Notes under the pieces: generated by a model | Database searches by the model: none | The model's input: the letters and a program-made list of their open reading frames with translations, nothing else | What the model was told of the DNA's origin: nothing | Translations under genes and position numbers: made by a program | Assembly: GCA_963816355.1 (NCBI GenBank) | Contig: CAWFKH010000003.1 | Coordinates: 64,001-128,000, forward strand | Direction: 5' to 3' | Origin: an uncultured Gemmatimonadales bacterium | GTDB lineage: Bacteria > Gemmatimonadota > Gemmatimonadetes > Longimicrobiales > RSA9 | Length of the DNA: 64,000 bases | Shown: positions 33,073 through 43,057 of the stretch, in pieces | How positions within the stretch are numbered: the first letter of the stretch is position 1 | How the letters are laid out: each line of letters begins with the position of its first letter

Positions 33073-35363
33073 TGCTGGTCGAAGTCGCCCTGCCGCTGCC
33101 GCTGCCGCAGACGTTCACCTACCGCCTCGAGAGCGACGCCGCCCCGCCCGGCACGCGCGTGCTCGTCCCCTTCGGACGCCGCCGCCTCGTCGGCTGGATC
33201 ACCGGACGCGAGCCCGACGCCGCCGGCGTCAAGCGGCTGCGCGACGTCATCCGCGTGCTCGACGAGGACCTCTCCGCCCCGGGCGCCTCCAGCCCCACCG
33301 GCGGCCCGGTCGTGCCGCCCGAGCTGCTCCGCCTCTGCGAGTGGGTGGCCGCCTACTACCTCGCGCCGCTGGGGCAGGTGCTGCGCACCGCACTGCCGGC
33401 CGTCCTCAGCGACGCGCGCCGCCCCGCGCCGCCCGTCCTCACGCGGCGCGTGATCCGTCTCGGCCGCGAGCTGCCGAGCCTGCGCGAGCGCGACGCGCTC
33501 TTCGCCCGCGCGCCGCGGCAGCGCGAGTGCTACGAGCTGCTCGAGTCGACCGGCGGCTCCGCCGAGGTCTCTCACCTGACCGGCAACGTCGGCTTCTCCC
33601 GCTCCGTGCTGGAGGGGCTCGTCGCCAAAGCGCTCGCCACGTTCGCGGACGCCGAGCTGGCGCGCGACCCGTTCGCCGAGATCGACCCCGGGCCGCCGCC
33701 ACGGCTCGAACCGACGGCCGCACAGCGCGCCGCCATCGACTCGTTCCGCGGTGCGGCCGCCGCTGGCGCGGACGGCGAGGACCGCCGCCCGTTCCTGCTG
33801 CGCGGCGTCACCGGCTCTGGCAAGACGCTCGTCTACATCGAGCTGCTGCGCGAGGTGGTCGAGCGCCACGGGCGCGGCGCCATCGTGCTGGTGCCGGAGA
33901 TCGCGCTCACGCCGCAGACCGTCGCCCGCTTCCGCGCCCACTTCGGCGACACCGTCGCCGTGCTCCACTCCGGCCTCTCCGACGGCGAGCGCTACGACGC
34001 CTGGCGCGCGCTGCGCGCCGGCGAGCGCCGCATCGCGATCGGCGCCCGCTCCGCCGTCTTCGCGCCGGTGCCGGATCCCGGCGCGATCATCGTCGACGAG
34101 GAGCACGAGTCGACGTACAAGCAGTCGGACGCCCCGCGCTACCACGCCCGCGAGGTCGCCATCGTGCGCGCCAACCTGGCAGGCGCCGTCTGCGTGCTTG
34201 GCAGCGCCACCCCCGCCCTCGAGAGCTGGGCGAACGCGCGCAGCGGCAAGTATCGACTGGTGGAGCTGCCGGAGCGCGTCGAGGGGCGGCCGCTGCCGCC
34301 GGTCCGCGTCGTCGACCTGCGGAAGCGCGCTGACGACGAGGACCGTGCGGGGCCCGGCGCGGGGATCCTCTCGCCTCCGCTCCGCGACGCGCTGGCTGCA
34401 CGGCTGGAGCGGCGCGAGCAGTCGATCCTGCTGCTCAACCGGCGCGGCTACGCCACCTTCGTCCAGTGTCGGGAGTGCGGCCACGTCTGGCACTGCGGCG
34501 AGTGCAACGTGTCGCTCACCTTCCACCGCGCGCGCCGACGCCTGGTGTGCCACTACTGCTTCCACGAGGAGACGCCGCCGGAGCGCTGCGGCGAGTGCGG
34601 CTCGGCCGCGATCTCGTTCCGCGGCGTCGGGACGGAGCAGGTCGAGCGGTCGGTCGGTGAGGCGTTCCCGCGCGCCCGCCTCGCGCGCATGGACGTCGAC
34701 ACCACTTCCGGCAAATGGGCTCACCAGACGATCCTCGATCGCGTCGCCCGCGGCGCGGTCGACATCCTTCTAGGCACCCAGATGATCGCGAAGGGGCTCG
34801 ACTTCCCGCGCGTGACGCTCGTCGGCGTCATCAACGCGGACGTGGGTCTCAACCTGCCCGACTTCCGCGCCGGCGAGCGCACGTTCCAGCTCCTCACCCA
34901 GGTGGCGGGGCGCGCCGGCCGCGGCGAGCTGCGCGGCGAGGTGATCGTGCAGACGGCGATGCCGGAACAGTACGCGATCCGCCGCGCGCTCGAGCACGAC
35001 TATCCGGGGTTTGCCGAGATCGAGCTCGCCGAGCGCGTGACGCCCTGCTATCCGCCGCACTGCCGGTTGCTCAACGTCGTCGTCAGCGGCACGGACGAAG
35101 ACGCCGTTGCGCGCGGGACGGAGGACGCCGCCGCCTGGGTGCGCGCTCATCTGCGCGCCCGCGACCGGGTGCAGCTTCTCGGGCCGGCGCCGTGCGCCAT
35201 CGACCGCGTGCGCGGCCGCTGGCGCTGGCACTTCCTGCTGCGCAGCCCCAGCGCCGCCGCCATCGGTCGCCTCGGCCGCGCCTTCCACCTCGGCTTTCCA
35301 CAGCGCGCTTCCGCGGGCGACCTCCGCGTCGCGCTCGACCGCGACCCGGTCGCGCTGCTGTAG
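33072..35363 (+). CDS. priA: Primosomal protein N' (replication restart helicase)
   Basis: GVTGSGKT, VPEIALTPQ, DEEHE, CxxC zinc region, GTQMIAKGLDF, QVAGRAGR. Confidence 0.97.
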   Translation: MLVEVALPLPLPQTFTYRLESDAAPPGTRVLVPFGRRRLVGWITGREPDAAGVKRLRDVIRVLDEDLSAPGASSPTGGPVVPPELLRLCEWVAAYYLAPLGQVLRTALPAVLSDARRPAPPVLTRRVIRLGRELPSLRERDALFARAPRQRECYELLESTGGSAEVSHLTGNVGFSRSVLEGLVAKALATFADAELARDPFAEIDPGPPPRLEPTAAQRAAIDSFRGAAAAGADGEDRRPFLLRGVTGSGKTLVYIELLREVVERHGRGAIVLVPEIALTPQTVARFRAHFGDTVAVLHSGLSDGERYDAWRALRAGERRIAIGARSAVFAPVPDPGAIIVDEEHESTYKQSDAPRYHAREVAIVRANLAGAVCVLGSATPALESWANARSGKYRLVELPERVEGRPLPPVRVVDLRKRADDEDRAGPGAGILSPPLRDALAARLERREQSILLLNRRGYATFVQCRECGHVWHCGECNVSLTFHRARRRLVCHYCFHEETPPERCGECGSAAISFRGVGTEQVERSVGEAFPRARLARMDVDTTSGKWAHQTILDRVARGAVDILLGTQMIAKGLDFPRVTLVGVINADVGLNLPDFRAGERTFQLLTQVAGRAGRGELRGEVIVQTAMPEQYAIRRALEHDYPGFAEIELAERVTPCYPPHCRLLNVVVSGTDEDAVARGTEDAAAWVRAHLRARDRVQLLGPAPCAIDRVRGRWRWHFLLRSPSAAAIGRLGRAFHLGFPQRASAGDLRVALDRDPVALL

Positions 35364-35387
35364 CCGGCGGGCGCGGCTCCGCGACCG

Positions 35388-35417
35388 TTGATTCCGCCCC
35401 GCCCCGCGCGCTACACT
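35388..35417 (+). promoter_or_regulatory. sigma70-type promoter of HNH gene
   Basis: TTGATT-N18-TACACT. Confidence 0.6.
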
Positions 35418-35423
35418 TCGATC

Positions 35424-36026
35424 GTGTCTGCGCGCTTCGCCGAAAGGAGGACCCCCATCAACGCCTCGGGCTGCCTGGCACTCAACGCCTCGTTCGAGCC
35501 GCTGACCATCCTGCCGGTCCGCCGCGCCCTCCGCCTCGTCCTCGAGCGGAAGGCCGAGGTCCTCGAGGTGGACGAGTCACGGATCTTCCGCTCCGCGCGC
35601 CACGAGCTGTCCGCGCCGGTGGTGATCCGCCTGGTCCGCTTCATCCACGTCCCGCGCCGGTTCCGGCGGCAGGTGACCAACACCTTCCTGTTCGCCCGCG
35701 ACCACTACAGCTGCGAGTACTGCGGCCGCCATCGGGCGACGCTCCGCGGTCGCGAGTTCCTCACACGGGACCACGTAGTGCCGATCTCGCGCGGCGGCGA
35801 CAACTCCTGGACGAACGTCGTCACCGCCTGTTCGACCTGCAACAACCGGAAGGGAAGCCGGCTGCCCCACGAGTCCGGCATGCAGCCGATCCACCGGCCC
35901 CGTGAGCCGAACTACGTCGAGCTCGTGTGGGCGGTGCGTCGCATCACGCCGGTCCAGGCGAAGTACATCCGGCTCTTCTACGGCGAGGACGTGCTCCAGG
36001 CGATTTCCGCCCACGCGCACCTCTGA
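35424..36026 (+). CDS. HNH endonuclease (McrA-like, stand-alone)
   Basis: LALNASFEPL, RDHYSCEYCG, DHVVPISRGG, NVVTACSTCNNRKG; start GTG 35424 or ATC 35457. Confidence 0.92.
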   Translation: MSARFAERRTPINASGCLALNASFEPLTILPVRRALRLVLERKAEVLEVDESRIFRSARHELSAPVVIRLVRFIHVPRRFRRQVTNTFLFARDHYSCEYCGRHRATLRGREFLTRDHVVPISRGGDNSWTNVVTACSTCNNRKGSRLPHESGMQPIHRPREPNYVELVWAVRRITPVQAKYIRLFYGEDVLQAISAHAHL

Positions 36027-36187
36027 GCGCCCGCGCTCGAGCGCGGCGTTCGCGCGGCGCCGGCCGGCGTGGAACGCTCTGGCAAGAAGGTTGCATGGAG
36101 CGACGGTCGTTCGACCGGGGCGCTGCAGCCACTGGCTCAGCGCCTCTTTTCATACTGCGATGCGCCGTAGCCATGGCGGAGGCGAGC

Positions 36188-36409
36188 ATGAACCGACCCA
36201 TCTACGATCTTTTCCCTGCCAGCGGAGAGTGGTTCCTACGCCGGCGCGAGGATCCCGACTTCGCCATGGTGTTCCCCACCAAGGAGGACGCGGTCCGCCA
36301 GGCGAGCGACGTCGGCTTTCGCTCGCCGGAGGCCGAGCTGGTCATCCGCGACGACGCCGGAGAAGTGCGCGGCTCCTACCGGCTCTTCGGCGCGCGCGTC
36401 CCCGCCTGA
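36188..36409 (+). CDS. DUF2188-like small protein
   Basis: SD GGAGG; W.LRR...FPTKEDAV...ELVIRDDAGEV pattern. Confidence 0.7.
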   Translation: MNRPIYDLFPASGEWFLRRREDPDFAMVFPTKEDAVRQASDVGFRSPEAELVIRDDAGEVRGSYRLFGARVPA

Positions 36410-36810
36410 TCCGGGCCGTTCCCCGGCGCCGCCCACGAACGCACCTTCGCGAGAAGCTTGCGCGCATCGAACGGCTTTGCGATGAAATCGTCCGCCCCCG
36501 CCGCCAGCGACAGCTGGCGCGCCCCCTCCATGGCGGTCACCGCGATGATCGGCACCGCGCGCGTCGCCGGATCGCCGCGCAGCCGGCGGATCGCCTCGAA
36601 GCCATCGATCTCCGGCATCATCATGTCCATCAGGATCAGGATCGGCGGCCTGGAGCGCGCGAAGGCGACCGCCTCGCGCCCGTTGGCCGCCACCACGACG
36701 TGGTAGCCGAACGCTTCGAGAAGGGTGCGGATCGCGTCGCGGCTGTCGAGGTGGTCCTCCGCGACCAGCACGGTGCCCGGTGTCGTCTCGTCGAGGGAGT
36801 GGTGCTGCAT
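36376..36810 (-). CDS. Single-domain response regulator (receiver)
   Basis: VLVAEDH, LILMDMMMP, IIAVTA, FIAKPF. Confidence 0.9.
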   Translation of the reverse strand: MQHHSLDETTPGTVLVAEDHLDSRDAIRTLLEAFGYHVVVAANGREAVAFARSRPPILILMDMMMPEIDGFEAIRRLRGDPATRAVPIIAVTAMEGARQLSLAAGADDFIAKPFDARKLLAKVRSWAAPGNGPDQAGTRAPKSR

Positions 36811-36994
36811 CGATGACCCGGAATGAGACAAACTCTCGTGACGTCGCGGAGTCGGACCCGGATCTCCGCGCCGTACGTGGACGCACCGTCGCCACCCCGC
36901 CCGTTCCTTCGGGTATGCAATTCCCCGGCCATGCAACGCTCGTCGCGACCCGCGACGACTGGACGTGCCCCCGCTGCATCTCTTAGCTTCCGAC

Positions 36995-37426
36995 ATGCCC
37001 GAAGCGGAGCTCACCCGTCGCCTGCGCTTTTCGGCGGCGCACCGATACCACCGACCCGAATGGAGCGACGAGCGCAACCGCGCGCTCTTCGGGCCGTGCA
37101 GCAATCCGCACGGGCACGGCCACAACTACGTGCTCGAAGTGACCGTCGCCGGCGAGGTCGACCCGGAGACCGGCTTCTGCGTCGACCTCGGCGCGCTCGA
37201 CCGCCTGCTCGAGGAGCGCGTCGTGCGCGTCCTCGACCACCAGCACCTCAACCACGCCGTCGCCGAGTTCGCTCCGGGGGGACGGCTTCCGACGAGCGAG
37301 AACATCCTGCTCTACCTCTGGCCCCGCCTCGTCTCGGACATGCCCGACGGCTCGACGCTGCGCCGCCTCCGCCTCGCCGAGGACGAGACGTTCTTCGTCG
37401 AGTACGCCGGCGGCGAGGACCAGTGA
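36995..37426 (+). CDS. queD: 6-carboxytetrahydropterin / PTPS family synthase
   Basis: FSAAH, C..PHGHGHNY, LDHQHLN, PTSEN; TGGACG-N18-TAGCTT 5 nt upstream. Confidence 0.88.
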   Translation: MPEAELTRRLRFSAAHRYHRPEWSDERNRALFGPCSNPHGHGHNYVLEVTVAGEVDPETGFCVDLGALDRLLEERVVRVLDHQHLNHAVAEFAPGGRLPTSENILLYLWPRLVSDMPDGSTLRRLRLAEDETFFVEYAGGEDQ

Positions 37427-37761
37427 GCGCGCCCCTCTCCGCGCGCGACGTGCTGCGCGGCGCCGAGGAGCCGGCGGACGCCGCGGAGCCGGCCGCGCCG
37501 TCGTCGCCCCGCCGCCGCTTCGCGGTCGACGGCGTGGAGTGGATCGCGACCGCCGCCGGCGAGTGCGTCTACGGCACCGGCCTCCTCGGCGGCGCGCCGC
37601 TCGTGGCCATCGGCTTCGCGCGCACCGTCGAGCCGGAGCGCACGCTCCGCCTGGCCCTGCTTCCGCGCGGCCGGTTCTTCGCCCTCTACGACGCCGAGCT
37701 GCGCGACCTGCTCGAGTCCGGACACGACGTCGACGCCGGCGCGCGGGAGGACGCGCCATGA
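37423..37761 (+). CDS. Hypothetical protein
   Basis: GTGA and ATGA overlaps with both neighbours. Confidence 0.6.
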   Translation: MSAPLSARDVLRGAEEPADAAEPAAPSSPRRRFAVDGVEWIATAAGECVYGTGLLGGAPLVAIGFARTVEPERTLRLALLPRGRFFALYDAELRDLLESGHDVDAGAREDAP

Positions 37762-38231
37762 TGGACCGCATCCGCGCCGCCGCCACGCTCGCCCGCGCGG
37801 CACTCACCGCCGCCACCGTCGCGGCGGCCGTGCTCACCGCCGGCTGCTCAGGCTCGACCACCGGGCCGGGCTCCTCCAGCGTGCCGGTCGGCCTCGTCGT
37901 CACCTCCGCCGGCTCCACGCTGATCACCGTCCACGGTACCACCGCCGACGACGGCTTCCGCGTCGGCGTCGGCGACACCACCGCGGTCTTCGAGGTGACC
38001 TTCACGGACCGGCAGGGCGAGCCGCTGACGCTGTCCGGCACGTTCATGGCCGGGGAGGTCGAGAGCACGGTCGTCGCGACGCTGGAGCCGACGTCGCCGG
38101 GCGCCTTCTCCGCCCGCATCGCCGGCCGCATGGTGGGCGCGACGCGCGTGCGCTTCAAGCTCGAGAGCGGTCAGATCGGCACCGGCTCGGAGGTTTACAC
38201 ATCGCCCTGGATCACCGTCACCGTCGAATAG
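37758..38231 (+). CDS. Putative lipoprotein, Ig-like
   Basis: LTAGC lipobox; Thr/Val-rich beta content. Confidence 0.7.
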   Translation: MMDRIRAAATLARAALTAATVAAAVLTAGCSGSTTGPGSSSVPVGLVVTSAGSTLITVHGTTADDGFRVGVGDTTAVFEVTFTDRQGEPLTLSGTFMAGEVESTVVATLEPTSPGAFSARIAGRMVGATRVRFKLESGQIGTGSEVYTSPWITVTVE

Positions 38232-38244
38232 AGGAGGACGTGCA

Positions 38245-38871
38245 ATGCGCCATCCCGACTGCGCGACCGTGATGCCCGGGACGCTGGCGCTCGCCATAGC
38301 GGCGGGCCTCGCGTTCGCCTCGCCGCCCGCCCGCGCCGCCGCCCAGCGCGCGCCGGCCTGCCACCCTTCCTCGCGGATGCCGGTGCAGGGGCGCGCGAGC
38401 CCGTACGACTCGGTGCGCGTGCCGGTGGGCGACGCCGTCGCCACGATCTGCTACGGCCGCCCCTCACTGAGAGGCCGCACGATGATCGGCGGCGACGCCG
38501 TGCCGTACGGCAAGTTGTGGCGGACCGGCGCCAACGAGCCGACCATCCTGCACCTTCCGGTCTCCGCCGAGATCGCCGGGCTGGGCGTGGCGCCCGGCTC
38601 GTACTCGCTGTATACCATTCCGGGACCGCAGGAGTGGGTGCTCATCGTGAACCGCTCGACGAGCCAGTGGGGGATCGAGTCCGACTATACGGACGCGGTG
38701 CGCGCGCAGGAGGTCGGGCGCGCCACGGTGAGCTCCGAGAGGGTCGGTGCGCCCATCGAGACGCTGACGATCCGCGCCGAGCCCGGCCCCGGCACGGCCA
38801 CTCGCATCCTGCTCGAGTGGCAACGCACGCGCGTCGTCATACCGCTGCGGCCGGCGCCGGCGAGACGCTGA
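38245..38871 (+). CDS. DUF2911 family secreted protein
   Basis: RASP, YGRPSLRGR, VPYGKLWRTGANEPT, GSYSLYTIP. Confidence 0.9.
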   Translation: MRHPDCATVMPGTLALAIAAGLAFASPPARAAAQRAPACHPSSRMPVQGRASPYDSVRVPVGDAVATICYGRPSLRGRTMIGGDAVPYGKLWRTGANEPTILHLPVSAEIAGLGVAPGSYSLYTIPGPQEWVLIVNRSTSQWGIESDYTDAVRAQEVGRATVSSERVGAPIETLTIRAEPGPGTATRILLEWQRTRVVIPLRPAPARR

Positions 38872-38956
38872 AGCCGGGAGCGCGCGTCGCGCGTAGGGCG
38901 ATCGAGGGGCGCCGGCAGCGGCGCCGTCCGTGCACTCTGCTCGAGAGGTGCTGAAC

Positions 38957-39238
38957 ATGAACGTACTGCCCATCGATCTTACTGCCGTCGTCGGCATCTT
39001 CTTCGGCTGTCTCATCGTGCTCCTCCCGATCGCCGGCATCACCGCGCGCTTCACGATCCGGCCCATCGCGGAGGCGATCGCGCGTGCGCGCGAGGCGCAG
39101 GGGAACGATCGCGAAGTGGAGATGCTCGAGAAGCGCGTCGCGCTCCTGGAGCAGCAGATCCAGTCGGTCGAGACCTCGGTCGACCGCCTCGTCGATGCGC
39201 GGGAGTTCGACCGCAAGCTCGCCTCGCCCACGACGTAG
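38957..39238 (+). CDS. Small membrane protein with coiled-coil tail
   Basis: One TM helix then LEKRVALLEQQIQ; SD GAGG. Confidence 0.75.
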   Translation: MNVLPIDLTAVVGIFFGCLIVLLPIAGITARFTIRPIAEAIARAREAQGNDREVEMLEKRVALLEQQIQSVETSVDRLVDAREFDRKLASPTT

Positions 39239-39302
39239 CTCCGCGTGTCCCACCGCCGCACCGCCACCTCCGCAGCTCCGCACGTCCCGCGGCCTCTCCG
39301 TC

Positions 39303-39336
39303 CCACCGGTGTCAGAAATCGACACCGGTGGACGTT
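39303..39336 (+). promoter_or_regulatory. 11-bp inverted repeat overlapping a candidate ECF promoter
   Basis: CCACCGGTGTC-agaaatc-GACACCGGTGG; TGTCAGA-N16-CGTT. Confidence 0.55.
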
Positions 39337-39365
39337 TATCCAGTAGTCGGCGCGGACGGAACGTC

Positions 39366-39863
39366 GTGGACTTCGATGCTGCCTTCGAGCGGCTCTATCC
39401 GGGCCTGTTCCGCTACCTGCACCGGCTGACGGGAGACCCGGACGCGGCGCAGGACATCGCGCAGGAGGCGTTCGTCCGATTGTTGCGGCAGAAACTCCCG
39501 GAGAAGGAGATCCGCCCGTGGCTGTTCACGGTCGCGACCAACCTGGTGCGGGATTCGGCTCGCGGAAGCGAGCGGCGACGCCGGCTCCTGAGCGGCACCT
39601 ACACGCCGCCGGGAGCGCCGCGCCCGCCGGACGAGCTGGTCGAGAGGGCGGAGCGGATCGAGGGCGTGCGTAAGGTTCTCGAGCGGTTGGCGGAGCGGGA
39701 TCGAAAGCTGCTTCTGCTTCGCGAGGAGGGATTCAGCTACAAGGAGATCGCCCGGACCATCGACGTCGCGCCGGGATCGGTCGGTACGCTGATCGCCCGC
39801 GCGCTCAAGAAGTTCGCAGAGCTGTACGATACACGTGAGACAGGCGATGAACCACGCGACTGA
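39366..39863 (+). CDS. ECF sigma-70 factor
   Basis: DAAQDIAQEAF, WLFTVATN, GFSYKEIA..GSVGT. Confidence 0.92.
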   Translation: MDFDAAFERLYPGLFRYLHRLTGDPDAAQDIAQEAFVRLLRQKLPEKEIRPWLFTVATNLVRDSARGSERRRRLLSGTYTPPGAPRPPDELVERAERIEGVRKVLERLAERDRKLLLLREEGFSYKEIARTIDVAPGSVGTLIARALKKFAELYDTRETGDEPRD

Positions 39864-40629
39864 GGGCACCATCCAGGCTTACCTCGACGGCGAGCTGCCG
39901 GCGCGCGAGCGCGCCGAGCTGGCTCTGCACGTCGAGACGTGCCCGCAGTGCGCCGGCGAGCTCGCGGCGCTCCGCAGCGCCGCCGCCCGGTTCCACCTCC
40001 TCGCCCTCGCTGCCGACGTCCCCGTGCCGCCGCTGCCCACCGACGAGCTCGCGCGGCGTCGCCGGCGCGCCCGCTCCGTGCTCGCCCGCCGTGTCCTGAC
40101 GCGCGCCGCCGTGCTGCTCGTCTTCGTCGCCGGCGCCGCCGCTGCGCTGCCCGGAACGCCGCTGCACCGCTGGGCGGTGGGGCTGTGGAACGATGTCCGC
40201 ACCGTGATCGTGCGGCGTCCGGCCGCCGTGCCCGTCGCGCCGGTCGAGGTCGAGGTCGAGCCGACGGCGCCGGCGGCGAGCGCGCCGATGGCCGTGTCCG
40301 TCAGTCCGCTGGGTGGGGAGCTGTACTTCACGATCGCGCGCGCCGCCCCGCGCACGCGCCTCCACATCGAGATCGTCGACGCCCCGCGGGGTGCCGTGCG
40401 CGCGACCGGCGCCGCGACCGCCGGCCACTTCAGCACGGCGGCCGGGCGGATCGACATCGCGGACGTGCCCGCGGGCGACATCACGATCCGTATTCCGCGG
40501 GACGTGCGTCGCGCGACGGTCGTGGCCGACGGCCGTCCGCTGCTGGTGAAGGAAGGCGCGAGCGTGCGGCTGCTGGCCACGCCCGCCGACAGCTCTGCGG
40601 CGGAGATCGTGTTCGAGATCGGCGGCTGA
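39847..40629 (+). CDS. zf-HC2 (ZAS) membrane anti-sigma factor
   Basis: AYLDGEL, HVETCPQC, TM helix, periplasmic beta domain. Confidence 0.85.
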   Translation: MNHATEGTIQAYLDGELPARERAELALHVETCPQCAGELAALRSAAARFHLLALAADVPVPPLPTDELARRRRRARSVLARRVLTRAAVLLVFVAGAAAALPGTPLHRWAVGLWNDVRTVIVRRPAAVPVAPVEVEVEPTAPAASAPMAVSVSPLGGELYFTIARAAPRTRLHIEIVDAPRGAVRATGAATAGHFSTAAGRIDIADVPAGDITIRIPRDVRRATVVADGRPLLVKEGASVRLLATPADSSAAEIVFEIGG

Positions 40630-40782
40630 AGCCGGAGCCGCGCATCGTCCGACGCGGCCGCGCGTCGGGCGCAATCCCCCGTTGCCTGCTGGAACTGGCG
40701 CGGGGGATCGGCTATTATGGATGCATGCCCGATCCCGTCGTACACCTCCCCGATCGCCTCACGCGCTGAGCGGGCGGATCCC

Positions 40783-43057
40783 ATGCTCGGACTCGCCGCC
40801 CTCCTCGCCGCGACCGCGCTGCAGGCCCAGGTCCCGGTACGCCCGAGACCCTTCCCCCTCGCCCAGCGGACGCAGCCTGCCGCGATCACGACCGGTGTGA
40901 TCCGCGGACAGGTGACGAGCGGGCTGAACGGCCCGCCGTTGCCCTTCGCGGGTGTCGAGGTCGTGGGCGCCGCCGGCGTCGGTGCCGTGACGGATGCGGC
41001 CGGCGTCTACTTCCTGGAGGGCGTTCCGGCGGGTCGCCAGAATGCTGCGCGTCACGCACATCGGCCACGCTCCGCTGGAGGTGGAGGTCGACGTGCCGCC
41101 GGGCGGGCAGATGACGCTGAACGTCGCGCTCCGGCTGCGGCCGGTCTCGCTGCCGGGCGTGACGGCGCAGGCCGGGCGCGCGCCCGGCGTGCGCGACACC
41201 GTGGAGGTCACGCCGGCCGCCCTCGGCGAAGCGTCGGTGCGGGCGCTGGAGAGCAGCCCGGGCATGGTCGAGATCGGGCTGGCCAATGTCGTCGAGGGCA
41301 CGAGCGGCCAGAATCCGATCGATCCCTCCGACGTGCTGTTCGTGCGTGGCGCCGCGGCGGACCTGAAGCGGGTCCTCCTCGACGGCGCCCCCGTCTACGC
41401 CCCGTTCCACCTCGGCGGGCTCGTCGCCCCGTTCGAAGCCGACCTGCTCTCCTCGGCGCGCCTCTACGTGGGTGGCGCACCCGCGCGCTACGACGGCGGC
41501 ATCTCCTACATTCTGTACATGCAGACGCGGGGCCCGCGGGGCGACGGCGTGCACTCCGAGATCGACGTCGATCTGCTCTCGGCGCGCACCCGCATCGAGG
41601 GTCCGCTCGGCGACAGCGCCGGCTACCTGGTGAGCGGCCGCATCGTTCACGGCCTCGGCGCCAGCGGCTTCCACGTCGGCGCCTTCCCTTACGGCTACGC
41701 CGACGGCCTCGTCCGCCTGGACCGCCGCGTCCTCGGCCGCGGCATGATCACGGCCACCGGCTTCGCCAACCGCGAGTCGGTGAGGCTGGAGGCGGCGGAA
41801 GCGGACCGCGGCGTCGCATACTGGGGCAATTACGCCGGCTCTGTCCGTTACGTCGGGCCGATCGGCGGCGCCGACGCGGAGCTCACCCTCGGGGCCGGCC
41901 GCTTCGACGCCGGTCTGCCGATCGTCGGCCAGCAGGACCTGTGGTCCGAAGGCGCGGCCACGCGCGTACATATGGCCGCCGATTTCACTCGCGTGGCCGG
42001 AGCCACCGCGGAGGTGGGCTACGGCTTCTCCTTCGAGCGGCAGTGGCTCGGCTACCATGCGTGGTCGCGCGGGCCAGACCCCGATTCGCTGCTGCGCGAG
42101 AATCGCCTCACCGGCGACGTATCCGGCGGCTACTTCGACGCGTCGTGGCAGATGCTGCCGCGCGTGCGCGTCCGCGGCGGCGTGCGCCTCGACATCTTCT
42201 CCGCCGACCACGTCCCCTACATCGCCCCGCGCCTGCTTGCGACCTGGCTCCTCTCCGACGACGCGGCGCTCACGCTCGCCGTCGGCCGCTACCACCAGTA
42301 CGTGCGCACGCCGGAATCCGTGATCACGGCGCCGGACGCGAGCGACTCCGCGAGCACGCCCAGCTACGGCCCGAACCCCCTCCTCGCCGTCGCCGGCGCT
42401 TCCCACATCGTGCTCTCGCTCGACCAGCAGATCACGAGCGGCGTCCGCCTCGGCCTCGAGGGGTTCCACAAGATCTACGACGGCGTGCCGACCGATCCGG
42501 ACGGGCGCGCGCAATCGTCCGGCCTCGACTTCTGGATCCGACGCAACCGCGGCACTATTCAGGGCTGGCTCGGCTACTCGCTCGCCTGGATCTGGTCGAA
42601 CGATCCGACCAAGCGGCCGGTCGACGAGATCTTCTCCGGGCGTCATCTGGTGAGCGCCGGCGTGCTCGGGCCCGCCGGAGACGCCGGCCGCTTCGAGCTT
42701 CGCGCCACCTACGGCGCCGGGCTCCCCTTCACTGCGATCCAGCCGGGCGCCAACCCGCCCGCGCAGCCGGCGGGTGGGGGCGACATCGCGCCTCCGCGCG
42801 GCAACGTGGTCGCGTCGTCGCAGCTCGTGTCCACGCCGGACCAGCCGTATCTGCGCCTGGACGGCGAGGTGACGCACACGTGGCTGGTGCACTGGATGGG
42901 CAGCCCGATGCTTCTCACACCGTACCTCCGCGTGCTGAACGCGCTGAACCGCCGCGACGCCCTCTTCTACCACTTCGACGGCAGCCAGGAGGCGGCGCCC
43001 CAGGCGCTCGCGGCGCTGCCGATCGTGCCGGTGCTGGGAGTCGGGATCCAGTTCTGA
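40783..43057 (+). CDS. TonB-dependent receptor with N-terminal carboxypeptidase-regulatory-like domain; frameshift near 41040
   Basis: GVIRGQV..TDAAGVY then MLRVTHIGH in another frame; plug motifs PG, VRG, LDGAPV, PARYDG; C-terminal Phe (GIQF). Confidence 0.82.

Noticed and set aside
35424..36026. HNH as IscB/Cas9-like or homing endonuclease of a mobile element
   Set aside because: About 190-200 aa, no RuvC motifs, no flanking element ends or room for a guide RNA.
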